Assembly (NCBI GenBank): GCA_965226495.1
Contig: OZ245365.1
Location: forward strand, 5,664,001-5,728,000
Direction: 5' to 3'
DNA: 64,000 nt
Origin: Candidatus Marinacidobacterales bacterium
GTDB taxonomy: Bacteria; Acidobacteriota; Vicinamibacteria; Marinacidobacterales; DATDRI01
The notes below the pieces were generated by a model. The model saw only the letters and a list, made by a program, of their open reading frames with translations. It did not search any database and was not told the DNA's origin. Of the stretch, positions 58,001 through 64,000 are shown in pieces (positions within the stretch are counted from its first letter, which is position 1; every line of letters begins with the position of its first letter). A program made the translations under genes and the position numbers.

Positions 58001-59513
58001 GCTGCGCGATGGATGGCTCCACACCGGGGACCTCGGTCGAATGGACCAAGAGGGTAATCTCCATATCGTCGGTCGCTTGAAGGAGATGATCGTCGACGGG
58101 AATGGCAAGAACGTGTACCCCGACGAGCTCGAAGAAGTCTACGCCGATCCGAAATGGATCAAAGAGCTCGCGGTAGTGGGTTTTCCTGACGGCGCGGCCG
58201 AGCGGGTGGCTTGCCTGGTGGTGCCTAATGTCGAGGACAACAAGTCGATGAGTGAAGGGGAGCTTCGCGCCGAAATAGAAAGGCATTTCCAGAGCGCGTC
58301 CAGCCGGCTGCCTCTTTACAAGAGAGTCAAGATCCTCCAGTTCACCGACAAAGAGCTGCCTCGCACCTCGACGCGAAAAATCAAGCGTCGAGAGGTCGTC
58401 GCGTTGATACAAGAGCTCAAACGAGAGACCGATGCCGAGACGGCGCTCGCCAGCGAAGCCCCCGGGCTCGATGCCAACTGGCTCCTCGATGTGGTGGCGA
58501 CCATTTGCGAGAAACCGCGCGCCGAAGTACATCTCGATAGCCGACTCGATGAGCTGGGGTTCGACAGCCTGATGTACAACGAGCTTGCGACGGCCCTAGA
58601 AAGTACCACCGGCGACGTGCCCTCGCCGGATGTCCTGGCGGGCTTGAACGACATTCGAGAGCTCGTGGACTATCTCAAACGGAAGCCGGTGAGCGCCGAC
58701 CGAAAGGTTGCTGCACGCGCGGTCGCGGAGAAGAAGGAGGAAAAGGAAATTGCTGTTCCTCCTCTGATCGCCAACCTCGGGCGTCAGGGCCTGACCGCGG
58801 CCCAGGGGTGGTTCTACCACGAAGTGTTGAACCCGGAATTTCACGGCCGAGGGCACATACCAAAGCACACGCATTTCATCGTCGCGGCGAATCACTCGTC
58901 CCATTTGGACATGGGACTCGTGAAAACGGCGCTCGGCGACGCAGGAAAAAATCTCGTCGCATTGGCCGCTGCCGATTACTTCTTCGATAACCGTCTGAAG
59001 CGAGCCTTCTTCGAGAACTTCACCAACCTCGCGCCCATGGAGCGAAAGGGATCCCTCCGGAAATCACTCGAGTGGGCACTCAATATCGTCGAACAAGGGT
59101 ACAACCTGCTTCTCTTCCCCGAGGGTACGCGCTCTCGAAGTGGCCGCATGCAACGTTTCCAGCGCGGCCTGGGTCACCTTGTCTTGCGCGCCAAGGTCGG
59201 GGTACTTCCGATGTATCTCAGTACCCACGAAGCCTTGCCGCCGGGAGGTTGGTATCTGAAATCACGCGAGGTGAGCGCCGTGATCGGACCGTACCTCCAG
59301 CCCGAATTGCTTCAGCGGGTTGGAGAGGGGCTTGCACGCTCGGACGCCGAGCGGGCGGTGACTCGATTGGTCGAGCGGGTGGTTGAAGATCTTCGCGATG
59401 GACGCGAGACGCGGATCGAGGAAGAGGCGCAGGCCATACGTCAGGAGTATCGCACCGAGCGGCCGGCTCGAGACGCCGTTCCCGTGACCAGCGGCCGCAG
59501 CAAAAAATCCTAG
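55098..59513 (+). CDS. elbD: Multidomain fatty acyl reductase / acyl-CoA synthetase / ACP / acyltransferase, ElbD-like
   Basis: GGTGFLGKV and YTYTKSLGE (FAR); FTSGTTGNPKG, GYGMTE, TGDLG (adenylation); LGFDSL (ACP); NHSSHLD, FPEGTRS (PlsC). Confidence 0.9.
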   Translation: MSDLKPSEAFAGRRIFLLGGTGFLGKVVLSMLLDRFPQIGRVYLMVRAASDAESESRFWETILPSPAFDPLRARYASGLEAFLHKKLVIVGGDITDENLGYSEEQAARIASDIDVLLNSSGRVTFNPPLEAALKTNVTGTLNIIAFAKRMKRPALVHVSTCFVAGNRSGQIWENEPLVGYFPRKGEPEVPHFSVEQEIKDCERLAARVRDEAQDNSLVDRFQEAAKKRFLEEGRDPDDEKALRLAVARERKNWIRSRLTDLGIEKANWWGWPNIYTYTKSLGEQLVAAETDIVRTIIRPAIVESSLEFPFPGWNEGFTTTAPLIRMALKGQNLFPVEENLTLDIIPVDHTAAVVLAATAQALVEEPALVHQVCSGDTNPARMGRLVVLLGLYKRKHFKEKETGSRLLNEIAARMEAQAVSPDRFERISMPMLHRGTRKIQELLEQLPPQQLGPFGGVVEQARDAVKRFESFTSQGEEQYQTFRPFIVDNDYTFRADNTRAIFERMPAEERELLPWGIASLNWYDYWLKVHLPGLEKWVFPRLDEAEKVKPRRIYTYGSLSELFDAATKNHAGRIAMRIERKGREERYTYDDLRECVHRAAAYFVGQGVREGERIGLVAENSPEWGMSYFGILKAGATCIPIEKEATTEEIVNLLRLGEATGLVISDELKKKHVELDRQLAEVDVKSPVWAFQEIFALGDEAVERERIAALPARVGPKALASIIFTSGTTGNPKGVMLTHRNFTSLVAKLLTVYDINNEDGMLSVLPLHHSFEFATGFLLPLSRGAQITYLTELTGDTMTRTLKKGHVTCIVGVPALWDLLKRRVLSRLSDRSTKLEDIATALIDGNYLLRGETPFNLGPLLFSPVHLGFGGRIRYLISGGSALSESTLKTFRGLGFNLNEGYGMTEAAPVLTVTPPTGRPIPGSVGQPLPGIDIRIDTPNARGVGEVLARGPNIMVGYYGNERATKEVLRDGWLHTGDLGRMDQEGNLHIVGRLKEMIVDGNGKNVYPDELEEVYADPKWIKELAVVGFPDGAAERVACLVVPNVEDNKSMSEGELRAEIERHFQSASSRLPLYKRVKILQFTDKELPRTSTRKIKRREVVALIQELKRETDAETALASEAPGLDANWLLDVVATICEKPRAEVHLDSRLDELGFDSLMYNELATALESTTGDVPSPDVLAGLNDIRELVDYLKRKPVSADRKVAARAVAEKKEEKEIAVPPLIANLGRQGLTAAQGWFYHEVLNPEFHGRGHIPKHTHFIVAANHSSHLDMGLVKTALGDAGKNLVALAAADYFFDNRLKRAFFENFTNLAPMERKGSLRKSLEWALNIVEQGYNLLLFPEGTRSRSGRMQRFQRGLGHLVLRAKVGVLPMYLSTHEALPPGGWYLKSREVSAVIGPYLQPELLQRVGEGLARSDAERAVTRLVERVVEDLRDGRETRIEEEAQAIRQEYRTERPARDAVPVTSGRSKKS

Positions 59514-59564
59514 TAGACGGTAACGATGAAATCGATACTCGACTCAATCGCCGCTATCGACGAG

Positions 59565-59620
59565 CCCCCTCACCCGTCCGCCTTCGGCGGACGACCTCTC
59601 CCCCGCGGTCGGGGGAGAGG
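59565..59620. repeat. Double-hairpin REP/CIR-like element between elbD and elbE
   Basis: CCCCTCACC-CGTCCGCC[TTC]GGCGGACG-A-CCTCTCCCCC[GCGGTC]GGGGGAGAGG. Confidence 0.75.
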
Positions 59621-59672
59621 CAATAGAGGTGGTACCAACTTCGTTGGTACAGCCTGCTAGGCGCGAGTCACC

Positions 59673-60674
59673 ATGCCCAAAGTTCTCATCACCGGTGCAA
59701 CGGGCTTCCTAGGAAGTCATCTCGTTGAGCTTCTTATGGAACGCGGCGAGGATGAGCTTCGCGTTTTGAGCACCTCGCCACCCGAGAAACTCTCTAAGAA
59801 AGGCGTCGAGCTGGTCGAAGGCTCGATCACCTCACCCGAAGTGGTCGGTCGGGCAGTGAAGGGCATTCAACAAATCTACCACCTTGCCGGGAAGGTCTCC
59901 CGGAATCCCGACGATCAGCGCGAGATGTACGAAGTACATGTCGACGGAACGCGCTTTCTGTGTCGGGAAGCCGGCCGTGCAGGAGTCCAGCGCATCGTTC
60001 TGGCCTCGTCGAGCGGAACGATCGCGGTCACCGATGACGGCGAGAAGATCCCGGACGAAACCTGGCCGACGCCTCTCGACATCATCTCGCGCTGGCCTTA
60101 CTACTCCAGCAAGGTCTATCAGGAACAGGTGGCTCGACAGGAGACCGAAGGCGGTCCGGAGCTGGTGATTCTGAACCCCAGCCTCTTGCTCGGTCCAGGA
60201 GACGAGCGCCTGTCTTCGACCGATGACATCCTCAAGTTTCTAGCGCGCGAGATTCCCGCCATACCACCTGGCGGCCTCAATTTCGTGGACGTGCGGGACG
60301 TCGCGCCCGCCTTTGTCGAAGCCATGAAGCGCGGCGTTTCCGGCGAGCGTTACTTGCTGGGCGGACCCAATTGGGAGTTCGCGAAACTCTTCGGTAGATT
60401 AGAACGCCTCACGAAAATAGCCGCGCCTCGGCTTCGTCTCCCGGCGCCGGTGATCGAATGGACCAGTCAAGCGATCGACGCCCTGTATCGACATTGGGGA
60501 AAAGCCCCTCCCGTCGATCGTGTCAGCGTCGAGATGAGCTGCTACTTCTGGTACCTCGATTCATCGAAGGCGGAGCACGCCCTAGGATTTAGTTCGCGGG
60601 ATCCGGGGGACACGCTATACGAAACCGTCGCGTATCTCAAAGAGCGTTTTCTCGGCGCCGGTGCATTCCGATAA
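59673..60674 (+). CDS. elbE: NAD-dependent epimerase/dehydratase (HpnA-like SDR), ElbE-like
   Basis: ITGATGFLG, YHLAG, YYSSK, NFVDVRDVA, GERYLLGG. Confidence 0.82.
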   Translation: MPKVLITGATGFLGSHLVELLMERGEDELRVLSTSPPEKLSKKGVELVEGSITSPEVVGRAVKGIQQIYHLAGKVSRNPDDQREMYEVHVDGTRFLCREAGRAGVQRIVLASSSGTIAVTDDGEKIPDETWPTPLDIISRWPYYSSKVYQEQVARQETEGGPELVILNPSLLLGPGDERLSSTDDILKFLAREIPAIPPGGLNFVDVRDVAPAFVEAMKRGVSGERYLLGGPNWEFAKLFGRLERLTKIAAPRLRLPAPVIEWTSQAIDALYRHWGKAPPVDRVSVEMSCYFWYLDSSKAEHALGFSSRDPGDTLYETVAYLKERFLGAGAFR

Positions 60675-60868
60675 CCCCGGAGGCCTCCTTCAGGCAAACC
60701 CGGTGAAGCTCGAGTACTTCAGATTTTCCTTTATTCTTGGATTCAACTTCGCCCTCAACTGACCGAAGCGGAGGAGGTGTATTGCGGAGAGCACTTGAGT
60801 CAGGTTATTTTGTCGCAGCGCTTTGGTATCCGAAGGACAAACGCAAAGAAAGAGCATAGGAGGCAAGC

Positions 60869-62098
60869 ATGTTAGCGAAATTCAAACCCGGCTGGATTGC
60901 AGCGTTGGCCATAGGCGTGGCGATTGGAGCCGTCATCACCAGCAATCTGGGGCTGGACCAGCGGGCCCAGGCCCAGACCCAGGACAATTTGCCGAAGGGG
61001 CGCGAGGCTGCGGCGATAGACGATGGCCAGTACCCAGCCACCTATTTCCCGAATACCGAGGTCCTCGGCTCCGGCGAAATGAGGATCACCGCCCTCGGTA
61101 CCGGCATGCCGAATCAGACCAAGAAGGCTGTGTCGATCTCGTATCTGGTGGAGTTGGGCAATGGGGAAAAGTTCTTGTTCGATCTTGGAAGTGGCTCGAT
61201 GGGGAACCTGTTCTCCCTGCGCCCCGACTTTTCGAAGCTCGACAAGGTATTCGCCAGCCACCTGCACGTGGACCACGTGGGCGACTTCATGGGGCATCAT
61301 ATCGGTAGCTGGCTTTCAGGGCGCTATACACCACTCCACCTCTACGGACCGACCGGGTCCACCCCCGAGCTGGGCACCAAGGCCTTTGCCGCCGCCATGC
61401 AGACGGGCTACGCCTGGGACATCGCCACCCGTACCGGCGCACTTCCGGATGCGGGTGGGCACATCGAGGTGCACGAGTTCGACTACAAGCAAGAAAATCA
61501 GATTGTCTACCAGCAGAACGGCGTGACGATTCGATCTTGGCCGGCCATTCACAGCCTGGACGGCCCGGTGAGCTATGGTCTCGAGTGGAGCGGGCTCAAG
61601 TATGTGTTCGGCGGTGATACCTATCCCAACAAGTGGTACCTCGAATATGCCACCGGTGCGGACGTCGCCTCGCACGAGGCGTTCCTTCCGCCAAAGGCCC
61701 TGGCAGAGTATTTTGGCTGGGACTTGGCCCAGGCGACGTATGTGTCGACGAGAATCCACACCGAACCACAAGCCTTTGGGAAAGTGATGTCGGCACTCAA
61801 ACCGCGAATGGCCGTTGGCTACCATTCGGTGCAATCGCCAGAGAACAACGCCGCGATCACGGATGGCATCCGCAAGACCTATGACGGGCCGCTGACCATA
61901 GCGCGAGACCTGATGGTCATCAACGTCACCAAGGAAACGATCAAGGTGCGCATGGCCGTAGTGGATGAGTACGCTCTACCGCCCGATGTCACTAAGGCGT
62001 ACATAGATGCACCTCGCACAGACCAAAAAGATCCTTCCGCGGCAATCTTGAGTGGCAAGTGGAAAGGCTACACCCCGCCGCCCATGCCAAAGAGGTAA
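60869..62098 (+). CDS. Exported MBL-fold hydrolase (RNase Z/AtsA-like)
   Basis: Signal peptide; LGTGMP, FDLGSG, SHLHVDH, AIHSLDG, GGDT, RIHT. Confidence 0.85.
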   Translation: MLAKFKPGWIAALAIGVAIGAVITSNLGLDQRAQAQTQDNLPKGREAAAIDDGQYPATYFPNTEVLGSGEMRITALGTGMPNQTKKAVSISYLVELGNGEKFLFDLGSGSMGNLFSLRPDFSKLDKVFASHLHVDHVGDFMGHHIGSWLSGRYTPLHLYGPTGSTPELGTKAFAAAMQTGYAWDIATRTGALPDAGGHIEVHEFDYKQENQIVYQQNGVTIRSWPAIHSLDGPVSYGLEWSGLKYVFGGDTYPNKWYLEYATGADVASHEAFLPPKALAEYFGWDLAQATYVSTRIHTEPQAFGKVMSALKPRMAVGYHSVQSPENNAAITDGIRKTYDGPLTIARDLMVINVTKETIKVRMAVVDEYALPPDVTKAYIDAPRTDQKDPSAAILSGKWKGYTPPPMPKR

Positions 62099-62271
62099 GT
62101 AGCGGCAAACTCAGCGACGCGGGTTGGGTTTTACCCCACCGCCGCAATGGTGGAAGGAGCGCGTACCTATCGCAGCGATGAGTCCTCGTGGTTCAATGCC
62201 TGGTGCAGCATTGGCCGAAGGACATCTACCGATCCAGGGGGATAGCTTCACTCAGCAATGCACGCCTTGTT

Positions 62272-63228
62272 CTAGACTGGTACGCGAACATTGAGGGCAG
62301 CCGGGCACACCTCGAATTTCGCCGGCAGTGTGCCCGGAGTCTCCCCGTCCACTTCCACGCCAACCTTCGCTTGCTCATCCACCGGCCAAGCTTTGATCGA
62401 TTTTACCTGCACGTGATCCACCTCCGGAAGTGAGACATGAGTCCCGGTGTAGATGCGTGGACCGTCGGCGAGGATCCGGGCGAAAGACACCTTTCGAATC
62501 ACGACAAGGTCGAGAAGCCCGTCGACTAGCCTCGCCTCGGGCGCGATTTTCATGCCCCCGCCGAAGAATCTTCCGTTGTTGACCGAGACCTGGGTAATGG
62601 GAAGTCGGCGCTTCTCCTGCTCATCGGTTTCGAGCCAGACCTCAGGTGCTTCGAACGCGAAGGCCGCTTTGACGGTGTGGGTCGCGTAGGCCAGCTTTCC
62701 TCCCAAGGCAGAGCCGATCCCGCTCGAACGGTTCGCCCGATTCATTCTTGCCGCGACTTCTCCGCTCAAGCCAAAGGAGGACGAGTTGACGAAGTAGCGG
62801 GAAGTGGTCTTCCCTTCAGCATCGGTGTACTCCACCTTGCCGACGTCTATTCGCCGTGGTTCTCCGGTGCGGAGGGCTCGCGCCGCGTCGGCCAATCGCT
62901 TCGGCGTGCCGAGCGTTCTCAGGAAGTCGGCACCTGTACCCTGGGGAAGTACGCCGAGCTCCGCGGCGGCACCCGAACGTAAGATACCCCTGGCCACCTC
63001 GCTGATGGTGCCGTCGCCCCCGAACGTGATCAGCAAAGTGCGTCCCGCTCGCGATTGCTCCTCCGCGATGCGGGTCGCGTCGCCTTCACCTTTCGTAAAG
63101 GCACACTCGTAGGGACCGAAATGGGTCCGAATCGTGGCGGCGGCGCTCGCCCAGGAGCGTCCCGCCGCACCGCCCCCGGCAGCAGGATTAATAATGATTA
63201 GAGGGAGCCTATCGTTCAATTTGGGCAT
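62272..63228 (-). CDS. Diacylglycerol/lipid kinase family (YegS/DgkB-like)
   Basis: INPAAGGG, GGDGTISEV, LPQGTGADF, NGRFFGGG, VDGE; start uncertain (63228-63294). Confidence 0.9.
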   Translation of the reverse strand: MPKLNDRLPLIIINPAAGGGAAGRSWASAAATIRTHFGPYECAFTKGEGDATRIAEEQSRAGRTLLITFGGDGTISEVARGILRSGAAAELGVLPQGTGADFLRTLGTPKRLADAARALRTGEPRRIDVGKVEYTDAEGKTTSRYFVNSSSFGLSGEVAARMNRANRSSGIGSALGGKLAYATHTVKAAFAFEAPEVWLETDEQEKRRLPITQVSVNNGRFFGGGMKIAPEARLVDGLLDLVVIRKVSFARILADGPRIYTGTHVSLPEVDHVQVKSIKAWPVDEQAKVGVEVDGETPGTLPAKFEVCPAALNVRVPV

Positions 63229-63363
63229 TTCGGGCACGGTGTCGCCGGATCTTAGCATGCGGCCAAACAGCAGGCTTTGCGCCTGCGCGCGCATCGCTCG
63301 GGGGCGATGAGCGCCAAAATGTGATACATTTTCTCCCCCCTAGCCAGCTAGGACGGATTCACC

Positions 63364-64000
63364 GTGGAAGCCAAAGTCACTCTCGATCAGCCACATCCGC
63401 CCCCGCCCGGGCTCATTCCCTTTCTCCGGGCGATCGCGGTTGCCCTTTCGAGGGTCGTGGCGGGCGTCTTTGGCTGGGCCAGGGACGCCATCGCCCGGGG
63501 CATCATCCGGGTCGGAATCCCGCCGAATGCGGTGACCTTGACAGGGCCGGTCGTGGTTTCTTTGGCCTTTATCCCGGTCTTCGAAGGAAACCAAAGGCTG
63601 GCCGGCCTGGTTTTGATTGCCGCCGGCGCCTTCGATCTGCTCGACGGCGCGGTGGCCCGCATCTCGAGGGGAAGTACAGTCTTCGGAGGGTTCCTGGATT
63701 CTGTAGTGGATCGCTACACGGATTTCATTATGCTCTTTGCGATCCTGGTCTACACCAACCGACACGTTCACACCCATCGTTTGCTTTACTTCACGCTTTG
63801 GTCTCTGGCGGTCGTTGGAACGGCGACCACGCCTTACGTGCGTGCCCGGGCGGAGAACGTCATCGATGGTTGCAAGGTTGGTTTCATGGAACGGGCCGAG
63901 CGTACGGTCACCATCATTATTGGTGCGCTCGCCTTCAACCTGCACATTACGCTCTGGATTCTCGCGATCTTCACGAACCTCATCGCGATCCAGAGGATCT
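63364..64000 (+). CDS. CDP-alcohol phosphatidyltransferase, runs off the window (not in the ORF track)
   Basis: Manual translation PNAVT...FDLLDGAVAR...FGGFLDSVVDRYTD...YVRARAE...VGFMERAER. Confidence 0.92.
   Translation, partial: MEAKVTLDQPHPPPPGLIPFLRAIAVALSRVVAGVFGWARDAIARGIIRVGIPPNAVTLTGPVVVSLAFIPVFEGNQRLAGLVLIAAGAFDLLDGAVARISRGSTVFGGFLDSVVDRYTDFIMLFAILVYTNRHVHTHRLLYFTLWSLAVVGTATTPYVRARAENVIDGCKVGFMERAERTVTIIIGALAFNLHITLWILAIFTNLIAIQRI

Noticed and set aside
55098-59513. ElbD-like gene as an NRPS for a secondary metabolite
   Set aside because: No condensation domain; FAR and PlsC domains point to lipid synthesis
60693-60715. GGCAAACCCGGTGAA resembling a c-di-GMP-I riboswitch
   Set aside because: The stem does not close and there is no adjacent GGGACGCAAAG

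Overview
Bacterial chromosome segment (GC-rich) spanning the replication origin. The core block (about 10.4-41.2 kb) is TPR-yvcK/glmR-glmU-glmS-pcrA, gyrA-gyrB-dnaN-oriC-dnaA | rpmH-rnpA-yidD-yidC-jag-rsmG, parS-parA-parB-bactofilin-selD(Sec)-atpF'FHAGDC. It is flanked on the left by glycosylation and metabolic genes, and on the right by accessory genes, an orphan Dam-type methylase and a lipid island: fabH | elbB-elbC-elbD-elbE (Myxococcus-type ether-lipid cluster), a DAG-kinase-like gene and a CDP-alcohol phosphotransferase. Gene order and a kinase/beta-propeller remnant suggest Acidobacteriota (inference). The main observations are: (1) a free-standing LAGLIDADG protein that has lost catalytic residues, divergent from parAB across a parS site; (2) a family of 44-45 bp intergenic elements with co-varying terminal inverted repeats, found between core genes and inside the oriC region; (3) a GlmU with a decayed uridyltransferase domain directly behind an intact YvcK/GlmR; (4) a complete elbBCDE cluster with a LarA-like ElbC; (5) SelD with an in-frame UGA and candidate SECIS hairpins; (6) frameshifts and nonsense codons confined to accessory genes. 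All calls come from reading motifs by eye; no database searches were run.
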